64,000 bases of DNA from an uncultured Chloroflexia bacterium (lineage in GTDB: Bacteria > Chloroflexota > Limnocylindria > QHBO01). The stretch lies in contig CAVYGE010000002.1 in assembly GCA_963767985.1 (NCBI GenBank), positions 457,217 to 521,216 of the forward strand, given 5' to 3'. This document shows, piece by piece, positions 17,189-26,811 of the stretch; positions within the stretch are counted from its first letter, which is position 1, and each line of letters opens with the position of its first letter. The notes below the pieces were generated by a model. It saw only the letters and a program-made list of their open reading frames with translations, was not told the origin of the DNA and made no database searches. A program made the translations under genes and the position numbers.

Positions 17189-18694
17189 ATGAGCCCCACC
17201 AAGGCCGACGATGCGCTCGGGGCCGCGGCGGCCGCGCTGCTCGGTGACCGCCGCCTGATCATCGCCACCAACCGCGGCCCGATCACGTTCGCCACGACCG
17301 CCGACGGCTCGCTCCGGCCACGTCGCGGGTCCGGTGGGCTGGTCACCGCGCTCGGTCAGGTGGGCCGTCACGTCCCCGTGACGTGGGTGGCCGCCGCGAT
17401 GAGCGAAGGTGATCGACGCGCCGCCGCCGACCCGAAGCTGCTGCGCCAGGCCGCCGGTGATGACGACGCGCTGCGGCTGCGGTTCGCGACCGTCGAGCGC
17501 TCGGTGTACGAGCAGGCGTACAACGTCATCGCGAATCCCCTGCTGTGGTTCCTGCAGCATCAGATGTGGGACCTTCCCGAGCGCCCGGTCATCGACGCGG
17601 CGACGATGCGCGCCTGGGAACGTGGGTATCTCGCCATGAACGAGGCCGTCGCGGCCGCAGTCCTGGCCCAGGCCCGCGGCAACCCGGAGCCACGCATCAT
17701 GCTGCACGACTACCACCTGTACACGGCGGCCGAGCCGATCCGGCGCTCGCGACCCAAGGCGGTGCTCAGCCACTTCACCCACATCCCGTGGCCGCCGTCG
17801 AGCATCTGGCTGGCGATCGCCCCGGCCATCCGTGAGGGGATCGCCACCGGGTTGCTCGCCAATGATGTCGTCGGCTTCCAGACTGAGCGCTACGCCCACA
17901 ACTTCATGCGGATGGTCGAGACGTTCGTCCCCGACGCAAAGGTCGATTACGACGCGTGGACGGTGCGCCGTCGACGCCGCACGACCCACGTGCGGCACTA
18001 TCCGATCAGCATCGACGTTGAGGCGACGACACGGATCGCGACCTCGCGCGCCGCGCGGCGGCGAGCGGACCAGCTGCTGGGCGCCACCCGCGAACGGGTG
18101 ATCGTGCGGGTCGACCGGCTCGAGCCGTCGAAGAACATCGTGCGCGGCTTTCTCGCGTACGAGGCGCTGCTGCAGCGCAATCCACGTTTGCGGGGCCGGG
18201 TCAGCTTCCTCGCGTTCCTCGTCCCGTCTCGCACCGGGCTGCGGGAGTACGGCGACTACGGGCGCAGCGTGCAGAACGAGGTCGACCGGATCAACGCGCG
18301 GTTCGGCCGGGCCGGCTGGCGTCCGATCCAGATCTTCTACGAGAACGACTACGCCCAGGCGCTCGCCGGGCTGTCGATCGCCGACGTGGTGCTCGTCAAC
18401 CCCCTGGTCGACGGCATGAACCTCGTTGCCAAGGAGGCCGTCGTCGTCTCCGAGCGCGACGCGGTTCTCGTCCTGTCGGAGTCGGCCGGGGCCTTCGACC
18501 AGATGGCCGACGGCGTCCTGGCGGTGGCCTCGGCCGACGTGCTCGGCACCTCGCAGGCCCTGCTGGAGGCGCTCGAGATGCCGATCGAGGAGCGCCGGCG
18601 GCGACTCGCGAAGCTGCGGCGCGGCGTGGAGCGCGAGGACATCACGTGGTGGCTGCGACGCCAGCTCGAGGATCTCAGCGCGCTCAAGCGCTGA
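17189..18694 (+). CDS. otsA: trehalose-6-phosphate synthase-like glycosyltransferase (GT20)
   Basis: Starts 4 nt after the nuoN stop. ..ATNRGPITF..SGGLVTAL..WFLQH..DYHLY..VDRLEPSKNI..NPLVDGMNLVAKE.. is OtsA-like. Confidence 0.8.
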   Translation: MSPTKADDALGAAAAALLGDRRLIIATNRGPITFATTADGSLRPRRGSGGLVTALGQVGRHVPVTWVAAAMSEGDRRAAADPKLLRQAAGDDDALRLRFATVERSVYEQAYNVIANPLLWFLQHQMWDLPERPVIDAATMRAWERGYLAMNEAVAAAVLAQARGNPEPRIMLHDYHLYTAAEPIRRSRPKAVLSHFTHIPWPPSSIWLAIAPAIREGIATGLLANDVVGFQTERYAHNFMRMVETFVPDAKVDYDAWTVRRRRRTTHVRHYPISIDVEATTRIATSRAARRRADQLLGATRERVIVRVDRLEPSKNIVRGFLAYEALLQRNPRLRGRVSFLAFLVPSRTGLREYGDYGRSVQNEVDRINARFGRAGWRPIQIFYENDYAQALAGLSIADVVLVNPLVDGMNLVAKEAVVVSERDAVLVLSESAGAFDQMADGVLAVASADVLGTSQALLEALEMPIEERRRRLAKLRRGVEREDITWWLRRQLEDLSALKR

Positions 18695-18706
18695 TCCGCA
18701 CAGCGA

Positions 18707-18736
18707 GACGGACCCTGGAAGTGTCCAGGGTCCGTC
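18707..18736. terminator. perfect 12-bp hairpin between convergent genes
   Basis: GACGGACCCTGG-aagtgt-CCAGGGTCCGTC, 13 nt after the otsA stop and 29 nt after the DUF4331 stop. No U tract. Confidence 0.6.
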
Positions 18737-18764
18737 CCGATGAGTCGGTGAGAGAAGCCGGGCC

Positions 18765-19988
18765 CTAGCGGCGGCGGCGCTCCACGGCCATGACCGTCAC
18801 GCCACCCATGAGCAGGACCGCCGAGATGGCGAGGATCCAGGTCACGGACGGGTTCAACGGGGAGGCCGGGGTGGTTGCGGTGTTCGGCACCATGCTCGCG
18901 GCGGCCGATGCCGTCGGGGCAGCCGATGCACTCGGAGCGGCAGCGGCATTCGCCACGCCCCAGTACGGGAAGCTCGACTGGAAGGTGCTGTCGTTGGCGA
19001 CGCAGTCACTGGTGACGTTGCCGTCGAGAACGACCGTGTAGGCCACGTCGATGACGTCATCGGCGAGCGCGCGGCCATTCAGCATGGAGAAGTCGGCGCT
19101 CGACGTGGTGTCGTAGCCGAGGGTGTCGGGCAGGAGGGCGGCGGCAACGCCGTCACCGACCATGTCCGCGTCCATCGCGGTGTAGGCGAAGGCCTTCTGC
19201 AGGATCGCCGACGTGGTGCCGGAGACATCGTCGGTGTAGTCCGCGACGTCATTGGCCGGCTCGGCGGCGTTGTAGCCATCCTTCGACGCATCGTCGTGCA
19301 GGAAGATCGTGTTGATCCCCGGCTTGCCCATGCGGTCGATCTGGGTTCCACCCACGCCCTGGCGGGTCTCCGCCCAGACGCCGATGTTGCCGGCGAGCTC
19401 GCTGTCGGGAACCTCGAGCACGATCGCGCTGGCGTTGAAGCCGGCGAAGAAATTGACGTCGGCGGTGTTGTCGCAGATGAGGCTGGCGTCAACCGCCGCG
19501 TCGGGATCCAGGATCGAGGCCTTGAAGGTGTTGAAGCCGTCAAGGTCGAAGAAGAAGGGATCGTCGACGAGGCCCGCGAAGACCTGGCCGCCGGTCGCGA
19601 TGTCGGTGTTCGATCCGGTGACGCCGGCGGCGTATGCGGCGCCGTCCTTGGTCACGGTATATGCCTGCGTCCCGCCGGTCTCGGCAGCGAACGTGATGGA
19701 GTACACGATGTCCTCGACCGCGTCACCGTCGGTGTCGACATTGATGACGTACTCGATGCCCGGGTCGAAGTTGGTGCCCGAGATGACACCGGCGGCCGGG
19801 TTGACATCGAAGCTGAGGACCGTGTTCGCGGCGTCTGCGCCTTCGAAGACGTAGAGGTCGTTGATATCGGCCGCCCCGTTGGCCGAGACGGCGGCGCCGT
19901 CGAGGTGGTCAGCCGCGAGCGTGACGCCCGGGAGCGCGAGGCTCAGGGCGGTCGCGGCGACGAGAAGGGGCCTGATCAGTTTTCGCAT
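18765..19988 (-). CDS. secreted DUF4331-family protein with C-terminal TM anchor
   Basis: Real start MRKLIRPLL.. at 19988, with AAGGAG upstream. Signal peptide, then ..ADHLDG..DINDLYVF..DDPFFFDL..NASAIVLEVP..RMGKPGINTIF.. C-terminus is a hydrophobic helix plus RRRR. Confidence 0.7.
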   Translation of the reverse strand: MRKLIRPLLVAATALSLALPGVTLAADHLDGAAVSANGAADINDLYVFEGADAANTVLSFDVNPAAGVISGTNFDPGIEYVINVDTDGDAVEDIVYSITFAAETGGTQAYTVTKDGAAYAAGVTGSNTDIATGGQVFAGLVDDPFFFDLDGFNTFKASILDPDAAVDASLICDNTADVNFFAGFNASAIVLEVPDSELAGNIGVWAETRQGVGGTQIDRMGKPGINTIFLHDDASKDGYNAAEPANDVADYTDDVSGTTSAILQKAFAYTAMDADMVGDGVAAALLPDTLGYDTTSSADFSMLNGRALADDVIDVAYTVVLDGNVTSDCVANDSTFQSSFPYWGVANAAAAPSASAAPTASAAASMVPNTATTPASPLNPSVTWILAISAVLLMGGVTVMAVERRRR

Positions 19989-20139
19989 GAGATGGGCTGC
20001 TCCTTGAGATGCTGCACGTTTCCGACGGTGGAACGGAATCGCACCGAACTCCCTCCGGGTGAACCGATTACCGGCATTCCACTTGTGTCGAGTACGCGCG
20101 AGGCCAGACTTCCGTACGTATCGGGCGAGCAGCCCGCGG

Positions 20140-21621
20140 TCAGGAAAGCTGGCTGGCCGCCACCGAGGCGAAGGCGATGCCGGTGACGAGGACGACCACG
20201 CCGGCGAACACGGGCACCCAGCGACCGAGGCTGCGCACGCGCGGCGAGGCGAGAATCCCGCTGCGAGAGCGCGCCGCTGCCTGCCCAACGCGCGCGATGA
20301 CCAGCCCGAGCCCGCCGAGCACGATGGCCATCCCGACTCCGAACATCGCGATCAGGACGCTGCCGAACACCAGGCGATCCGTGCTGATCGCGACGAGCAG
20401 CACGATGACCGCCGACGCGCTGGGCACGGCTCCGCCGGCAAATCCCAGCGCAACCGCCGACCGCCAGGTCAGGCCACCGACCGGGGGCTCGTGGCTGTGC
20501 CCGTGGTCGTGGTCGTGGTCGTGGTCGTGACTGTGGTCGTGATCGTCGAACGCCGACCGCCGGGCTCCGCGGATGCGTGACAGCTGTCGGTAGATCAGCA
20601 CCACGCCCAGGATCGCGACGACCACGCCGGACACCAGCGACAGCCATCCGATCACCCGCTCGGGCAGGAAGAGCTCGCCGGCCACCAGGATGAGCACGCC
20701 GAGCGCGAACACCCCGGCCGTGTGCGAGATCGCCACGGACAGGCCGATCTGCACCGCCGATCGCGCGTCGCCGCCGGCGCCGAGGACATAGGCGGCCACC
20801 AGCGTCTTGCCGTGCCCCGGCGAGAGCGCGTGGATGGCTCCGAGCCCCAGCGCGACCGCCAGGGCCAGCAGCACGACCGGCACCGACAGCTCACCGCCGA
20901 CGAGTGCGGCGAGAGGATCATCGGCCGGCACGCGCTCGACCGGAGCGCGGTCGTCCGGGGCCGCCGTCGGCGGGGCCGAAGGGTCAAGGGTGAACGTGAG
21001 CTCGGCGGATCGGATGTCCGGCGGCGTGCTCAGGGCGTCCTCGGGGTACGCGGTGAGCTCGGCGGAGCGGCTCTCGGCGGGGACGTCGCTGGCGACGATC
21101 GTCGCGGCGCCGACGGCCCGCGCGGTGACCTCGTGCCACCCGATGCGCTCCGACTCGGCCTCGTCCCGGAGCACCAGGACGTGGCTCGCTTCAGGTTCGG
21201 GAGCCTCCGCCGCGAACGCGCACTCCAGCCGCAGCGTCTCGAGACCTCCCACGCCGGCGGGGAAGGAGATCCTCGGCTCGGCCGAGGATGCGAGCCTGCC
21301 GTCGGCAGCATCGATGGTGACCACCAGGTCGGCCATCGCGCCCGCGCACGCCGTCGCGGCGTAATCGGCGGCCTCGCGCTCCGACGTCGTCCCGTCGCCG
21401 TTCGTGTCGAGGTCCTGGATGGCCTCGAAGGCCGGAATCTCGGCCATGTCGATCACGTAGCGAACGTCGATCCCGTGCCCGATCTCGATCACGATCGCCC
21501 GATTCACGGTGAAGTTGCCCAGCGGATGCGCGCTCGCCGGCCCGGGGGGCGCCAGGGCCATGATGCCGACGACCAACGCCGCCAGACCAATGCTCCGGCG
21601 CACCCTAGCCACCGAGCTCAC
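20140..21621 (-). CDS. RcnA/NicO-like nickel/cobalt transporter with large N-terminal periplasmic domain
   Basis: Signal peptide plus ~230-aa domain, then TM core with ..HALSPGHGKT.. and a His/Asp loop DDHDHSHDHDHDHDHGHSHE. Confidence 0.7.
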   Translation of the reverse strand: MSSVARVRRSIGLAALVVGIMALAPPGPASAHPLGNFTVNRAIVIEIGHGIDVRYVIDMAEIPAFEAIQDLDTNGDGTTSEREAADYAATACAGAMADLVVTIDAADGRLASSAEPRISFPAGVGGLETLRLECAFAAEAPEPEASHVLVLRDEAESERIGWHEVTARAVGAATIVASDVPAESRSAELTAYPEDALSTPPDIRSAELTFTLDPSAPPTAAPDDRAPVERVPADDPLAALVGGELSVPVVLLALAVALGLGAIHALSPGHGKTLVAAYVLGAGGDARSAVQIGLSVAISHTAGVFALGVLILVAGELFLPERVIGWLSLVSGVVVAILGVVLIYRQLSRIRGARRSAFDDHDHSHDHDHDHDHGHSHEPPVGGLTWRSAVALGFAGGAVPSASAVIVLLVAISTDRLVFGSVLIAMFGVGMAIVLGGLGLVIARVGQAAARSRSGILASPRVRSLGRWVPVFAGVVVLVTGIAFASVAASQLS

Positions 21622-22984
21622 CGAGCACCCGTTCCAGCTCCACCGCCTGCAGCGACGGGAGCGACGCGCTGTGCTGATCGGCGCGGCTCAGCAGCTCCCT
21701 GGCCTCGTCGATCTCGCCGCGGGCGGCGGCGATGAGCCCTGCGTGATAGAGAATTCGGCCGTCCGGGGTACCGAGCCGCATCGCCTCATCGGCAGCGGCG
21801 GCAGCAGCATCGAGGTCCCCGGCCCGATACAGGGCCCAGGCATGCGCGTCGTGCCCGAAGACATCGCGCCGCGTGGCCAGCTCTCCCTCGGCCATGCTGA
21901 CCGCGTCGGATGCTCGCAGGTCGTGATCGGCCAGGAAGAGCACGAGCTGGCGATCGTAGACACCGCCCGTTGCCTGGGCGACGGCCGCGATGCGCTCGAC
22001 CAGCGCGTACGACTCGGCGGCCCGCGTCTCGTCGCCGGCGAGCGCATGGAGGTCGCCGAGCTCGGCCACGAGCTGTGGCGTGGGCAGGATCGCGGTCGCG
22101 CGCTCGAGCAGGCGGATGGCCTCGTCCCGGCGGCCACCGGCCTCGTGAACGCGCGCCAGCCCTCCGAGCGCGGCGCCACTGTCGGGGAGTGCCACGAGGA
22201 TCGCCTCGTATTCGGCGGCGGCCTCCTCGAGCCGGTTCTCGCCCCGGAGGAACTCGGCGAGCTGGAGCCGATACCCGGCGACCTGGTCGGGGAAGCCCTC
22301 GGTCTCGGCCGCCTCGATCGCCGAGCGCATCGTGGACTCGGCCGCCTCCACGTCCCCGGTCAGCAGGGCGTACCGCGCCAGGCGGGACAGCACCGGGGCC
22401 GTTCCGAGCGGGGCGAGCTCCTGGTACGCAGTGATCGCCGCCTCCTCGTCCCCGAGCTCGAGCGAGGTGTCTCCCAGCAGCGCGACGCCCGCCTCGTTGC
22501 CGGGATCCAGCGCCAGCATCGCTCGGGCCGCCTCACGTGCGCCGATGAAGTCGTGGCCGGTGAACGCGACGAGCCCCTCCCGCAGCAGGAGCCCGACGTC
22601 GTTGACGGGCGCCAGGTCCCGAGCGCGTTCGAGGGCAGCCTCCGCGCGGGTGATGTCGGCCAGGTCGCCGGTGGCGCGAACGCGGGTCAGGTAGGCGTCG
22701 ATCAGCGCCAGCGTGCTCGAGTAGTCGGTGGCGCTGGCGGCCACCCGCGCCTCCCAGAACGCGACGCGCTCGTCGATGCTGGCCAGCCCGCCCGATCCGG
22801 TCGTCGCGCTGGCAAGGGGAGTCTGCGGCGGCGACGGATCGGCGCTGGACGAACTCGAAGGCGACGCGCCCCCTGATGCCGGCGGGTCGGCACCGAGGAG
22901 GGCAACCGCGGCGGCCACGCCGATCAGCGCGACGAACACAAGGGCGACGCCGATCCGCATCGGCGTCACCACGGAAGAGGACAT
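21605..22984 (-). CDS. TPR-repeat protein with N-terminal TM helix
   Basis: Start MSSSVVTPMRIGVALVFVALIG.. at 22984. Repeated 34-aa Ala/Leu/Tyr-rich helical repeats throughout. Confidence 0.65.
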   Translation of the reverse strand: MSSSVVTPMRIGVALVFVALIGVAAAVALLGADPPASGGASPSSSSSADPSPPQTPLASATTGSGGLASIDERVAFWEARVAASATDYSSTLALIDAYLTRVRATGDLADITRAEAALERARDLAPVNDVGLLLREGLVAFTGHDFIGAREAARAMLALDPGNEAGVALLGDTSLELGDEEAAITAYQELAPLGTAPVLSRLARYALLTGDVEAAESTMRSAIEAAETEGFPDQVAGYRLQLAEFLRGENRLEEAAAEYEAILVALPDSGAALGGLARVHEAGGRRDEAIRLLERATAILPTPQLVAELGDLHALAGDETRAAESYALVERIAAVAQATGGVYDRQLVLFLADHDLRASDAVSMAEGELATRRDVFGHDAHAWALYRAGDLDAAAAAADEAMRLGTPDGRILYHAGLIAAARGEIDEARELLSRADQHSASLPSLQAVELERVLGELGG

Positions 22985-23042
22985 GTCACTGGAGAATACG
23001 ACGCTCCGCGCGCCGTGCCTCACTCGACCATGGGCCCACGGG

Positions 23043-23861
23043 CTACGGCGCGGCCAACGACTCCAGCAGCTGAGCGGCCATCTCGGGGTCGTCGAGAACG
23101 ACATCCGCTGCCTCGCGCACGGCGGGCGGCGTCTCGCCGGCGGCACCGGCCACGCCGATGATCACTGCATCGAGGGACCCGCGCGATCGGTGCTCGGCGA
23201 CGACGGCGAACATGTCGAGGTCGGTCACGTCGTCGCCCATGACGACGACGCCGCGCAGGCCGTACCGCGCGATCACCCGGCGCGCGGCGACGCCCTTGTC
23301 TCCGGCGTCCCGCGGCCGAAGCTCGACGCTCATCCGCCCATGTCGCAGGTCGACGCCATGCTCTTCGGCTCGTCCCAGTGCCGCGAGTACGGAGGCACGC
23401 GCCGCATCGGGCTCTGGCGCGTTCCGATAGTGGACGGTCGCCGATAGCCCCTTGTGCTCGACGTTCACGCCCGGCAGCTCGGGCACCTGCGCAAGGATCC
23501 GATCGAGCCGTTCCCGGATGGCATCCGATCCGGGCGCGGGCTCCGGGGCCCCGGCCCCCGGCTCGAGCCATTCGGTGCCGTGGTTCCCGACCACCAGCAG
23601 TCCCGGAACACCCACCATCGACCGCGCGTCGAGGGGCGCACGCCCCGTGATGAACGCCACCACCGCCAGCTGCCGCGCCAGCCGTTCGAGCGCGGGGCCC
23701 GCCCCCGGGACCAGGCCGGCGGCCGCCGGATCGGAAACGATCGGCGACAGGGTCCCATCGAAGTCAGTGAGAAGACCGGCGGGCTCGCGGGCCAGCGCGG
23801 GCCGCGCCAGCGCCAGGGCACGCGACAGCGCGCCGTCGGCCCGGCGGCTAGACTCGGCCAT
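23043..23861 (-). CDS. otsB: trehalose-6-phosphate phosphatase (HAD-IIB)
   Basis: ..GLLTDFDGTLSPIV.., ..AFITGR.., ..GNHG.., ..GDDVTD.. HAD motifs in OtsB order. Confidence 0.75.
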   Translation of the reverse strand: MAESSRRADGALSRALALARPALAREPAGLLTDFDGTLSPIVSDPAAAGLVPGAGPALERLARQLAVVAFITGRAPLDARSMVGVPGLLVVGNHGTEWLEPGAGAPEPAPGSDAIRERLDRILAQVPELPGVNVEHKGLSATVHYRNAPEPDAARASVLAALGRAEEHGVDLRHGRMSVELRPRDAGDKGVAARRVIARYGLRGVVVMGDDVTDLDMFAVVAEHRSRGSLDAVIIGVAGAAGETPPAVREAADVVLDDPEMAAQLLESLAAP

Positions 23862-24566
23862 GTGAAGCGTCTCTCGTCATGGGCGCTCCCGATCATCCTG
23901 GGTGTGGCGGGGGTGGCGCTCATTATCGCCGGCACCCTGGACCTCGACGAGCCTCCCGCCGCCAGCCTGCCGCCCATCACGACGCCGACCGCATCCCCGG
24001 TCGCGCAGGCCACGCCGACCCCCCAGCCGCCGGCCTCGGCCTCGACCTCGATCGAGCCGAGTGTGCCGGCGACGCCGGAACCATTGCCCTCGAACGTCAC
24101 GGCGGTCCAGCTCGAGATCCCGGCGGTCGGCATCAACGTCGTGGTCCGGCAGTCGACCGGTCCGGAGACCGATGGCTTCCCGCCGGACGACGCCGCGTAC
24201 ATCCTGAGCGCCGGCAACCAGCCCGGACGCAACACGAACTCCTACGTCTTCGCGCACGCCCTGAACTCGCTGTTCAAGCCTCTCTGGAACGTCCAGGTCG
24301 GCGCCGAGGTGCTCGTCCGCATGTCGGACGAGTCCGTGCTGCGCTACGTCGTCACCGAGGTGCGACCCAACGTCGCCTGCCCGGATCCGAACGCGACGCA
24401 GAACAACCCACCCGACCCCCCGCTGGCCCTGCAGATCCACGACAACTGCGATGAGGGCGCGTCGTGGACCGTGCCAACCGGCTACGAGCGCCTCACCCTC
24501 CAGACATCGCAGGGGTTCAACCGCAACTGGGGCGAGCTGGTGGTGATCGCGGAGCCGATCGGCTAG
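23862..24566 (+). CDS. sortase-fold-like membrane-anchored protein with Ser where the catalytic Cys is expected
   Basis: GTG 23862 abuts the otsB start. N-terminal TM and Pro/Thr linker, then ..LEIPAVGINVVV..NSYVFAHALNSLFKPLWNVQVGAEVLV..RYVVTEV..ERLTLQTSQG..LVVIAEP. Confidence 0.45.
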   Translation: MKRLSSWALPIILGVAGVALIIAGTLDLDEPPAASLPPITTPTASPVAQATPTPQPPASASTSIEPSVPATPEPLPSNVTAVQLEIPAVGINVVVRQSTGPETDGFPPDDAAYILSAGNQPGRNTNSYVFAHALNSLFKPLWNVQVGAEVLVRMSDESVLRYVVTEVRPNVACPDPNATQNNPPDPPLALQIHDNCDEGASWTVPTGYERLTLQTSQGFNRNWGELVVIAEPIG

Positions 24567-26113
24567 CTCGGTCTCCGGCCACGAATGAACCAGGCGGGAA
24601 CCAGCGCAACGAGACCGACGCCCAGGGCGATGGCGAAGACCTGGGTCAGCACCTCCGCCGACTGGCCCTGCGACCAGCGCTCGAGGACCTCGACCAGGGC
24701 AAGCGACGCTCGTGGGTCGACGCCGACGAACTCGGAACGGCCGAGCTCACGCACCAGCTCGTCTCGCAGGGCCGGATCGGCGATGAGCGCGGAGAGCTCA
24801 TCGATGCGGTTCTGGCCGATCGACGTCAGCAGCGCCAGGCCGACGCTCATGCCGATCGTGCGGGTGATCTGGAGCATCGCGCTCGCCACGCCGTACGCTC
24901 CGGCGCCGGCCGCCTCGACCGCCGCGGTGGCACGCGGCGACACCGTGAGCCCGAAGCCGGCTCCGTAGATCGCAAGGTCACGGACCAGCCGATCGACCTC
25001 GGTGTCCACGCTCCAGCCCAGCGCCAGCCACAGGCCGACGGCACTGGCCACGACACCGAGGACGCTGACGATGCGCTCGCCGACGAAGGCCGATGCCACG
25101 CCCCCCGCCAGCGCTCCGCCGGCGATCGCCACGGTGAGTGCGGTCAGGACGACCGATGCCTGCGCGTCACCGCCGAACAGCACGCGGTTCACGAAGACCG
25201 GTCCGCCGATGATTGCCGTCGCCAGCGTGTACCCGGTCAGCAGGCTCACGGCATTGGCGGAGCTGAACGCTCGGTCGAGGAAGAGCCGCAGGTCGACGAG
25301 GGGCGAGCGCGATCGGAGCTGGAGCCAGCCGAAGGCCACGCCGCTCAGTGCCGCGACGGCCAGCCCGCCGAGCACCAGCGGGTCCAGCCAGCCGTTCGCT
25401 CCCGAGATGGTGATGGCGCCGATGCCGGAGCCCAGCGCGATCGTCAGGAGCAGCGCGCCGCCGAGGTCGAGTGAGGCGCGAACGCGCGGCGTCTCGATCC
25501 CGCCGACCACCACGTAGATGAGGAGCAGGGTGAGGATGCCGATCGGCACATTGAGCAGAAAGATCCATTGCCAGCTCGCCATGTCGAGGCCCGGGATCGG
25601 CAGATTGAAGTTCAGGAGGACCCATGCGCCATAGGCCGGCCCGATCGCCATCCCGATGTACGTCGCCGCCCCTTCCACGCCGAGCGCCGTCGCGCGCGCA
25701 CGACCGGTGAACAGGTGGCTGGCCAGCGCCATCGACAGCGGCACGAGCGCGCCACCCCCGAATCCCTGGACCACGCGTGCCACGATCAGCCAGGTGAGGC
25801 CATCCTCCGGCCCCGCGAAGCGCGACAGCCCGGCGCCGGCGCTGCCGATCACGAACAGGAGAAGCGCCACCACGTACAGGCGGCGCGCACCCCACAGGTC
25901 GGCGCCACGTCCGGCCAGCGGCATGGCGATCACGTAGGCGAGCAGGTAGGCGTTGACGATCCAGCTGACCCGGGCCAGGTCCGCCCAGCCGCCGAAGTCG
26001 GCCACGATGGAAGGCAGCGCAATGGCGACCACCATCAGCTCGGCTCCTCCGAGCAGGACGCCCAGGCTGGCGAATGCCAGCGCGGCCCAGGCAGCGGCGG
26101 GGTGGATCCGCAT
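24563..26113 (-). CDS. MFS transporter, DHA2 (EmrB/QacA-like) 14-TM type
   Basis: Start MRIHPAAAWAALAF.. at 26113. ..LPSIVADFGG..WIVNAYLLAYVIAMPLAGRGADLWGARR.. The ORF-track N-terminus (to 26767) is non-coding-like. Confidence 0.8.
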   Translation of the reverse strand: MRIHPAAAWAALAFASLGVLLGGAELMVVAIALPSIVADFGGWADLARVSWIVNAYLLAYVIAMPLAGRGADLWGARRLYVVALLLFVIGSAGAGLSRFAGPEDGLTWLIVARVVQGFGGGALVPLSMALASHLFTGRARATALGVEGAATYIGMAIGPAYGAWVLLNFNLPIPGLDMASWQWIFLLNVPIGILTLLLIYVVVGGIETPRVRASLDLGGALLLTIALGSGIGAITISGANGWLDPLVLGGLAVAALSGVAFGWLQLRSRSPLVDLRLFLDRAFSSANAVSLLTGYTLATAIIGGPVFVNRVLFGGDAQASVVLTALTVAIAGGALAGGVASAFVGERIVSVLGVVASAVGLWLALGWSVDTEVDRLVRDLAIYGAGFGLTVSPRATAAVEAAGAGAYGVASAMLQITRTIGMSVGLALLTSIGQNRIDELSALIADPALRDELVRELGRSEFVGVDPRASLALVEVLERWSQGQSAEVLTQVFAIALGVGLVALVPAWFIRGRRPS

Positions 26114-26124
26114 CGGCTCGTCGT

Positions 26125-26811
26125 TCACAGGTCGGACCGGCCCAGCAGATGCGTCGCGGCGAGCAGCAGGACCACCGCCAGGCTCAGCGAAGCACCGGCT
26201 CCCTGGAGCGCGACGGAGATCGGCCGTTCGAGCTGCAGCAGGTTGGCGACGGCCTCGACCGGCAGCTCGAGTGTCGGCAGCGCCAGCCAGCCGCCGGCGA
26301 CCACGGTCGCGCTCAGCCCTGCCGCCACCACGCTCGCCAGCCACGGCCGGAACACCGCACCGACCGCCATGCCGAGGCTCTGGAGCGCGATCGCCCCGCT
26401 GCCGGCCGCGACCATCGCCAGCCCGTAGGCCGCGGGGCTGGATTGTCCCGAAGGGCCTCCCAACGCCACCCAACCGAGCAGCCCGATGCCGGCCACGCCG
26501 CTCACCGTCACGAGGGCCAGGCCGGCGAACCAGCCGATGAGGATCGTGCGGCGTTGGACCGATCGGGCCGCCAGCCAGCCGAGCCGGCCCAGCCGGCGCT
26601 CGTGGCTGAGCGACCATGCCGCGATCGACGACCCCGCGACGGCCGCGACGGCAAGGGCCACGGCCAGTCGCCCCAGGACGGTCGACGGTGATGCGGGGAT
26701 GGCCGCAACCGCGGCTCCGGCTCCGAGATAGGCCGCCAGGAGCACGAGCAGCCGGAAGCTCATCCACAGCTCCCGCACGGCGAGTCGCGCGACCACTGTC
26801 GTGGTGGTCAC
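26125..26811 (-). CDS. polytopic membrane protein (ABC-2-like permease partner)
   Basis: GTG 26811 overlaps the upstream stop (GTGA). ~6 hydrophobic helices. No specific motif recognised. Confidence 0.55.
   Translation of the reverse strand: MTTTTVVARLAVRELWMSFRLLVLLAAYLGAGAAVAAIPASPSTVLGRLAVALAVAAVAGSSIAAWSLSHERRLGRLGWLAARSVQRRTILIGWFAGLALVTVSGVAGIGLLGWVALGGPSGQSSPAAYGLAMVAAGSGAIALQSLGMAVGAVFRPWLASVVAAGLSATVVAGGWLALPTLELPVEAVANLLQLERPISVALQGAGASLSLAVVLLLAATHLLGRSDL

Noticed and set aside
20497-20530. Tandem GTGGTC repeats (and the GACGAC run at ~12070-12090) that look like microsatellites.
   Set aside because: They are the coding sequence of His/Asp-repeat loops (DHDHDHDH in the RcnA-like protein; DDDDD in NuoL), in frame and with conserved flanks.
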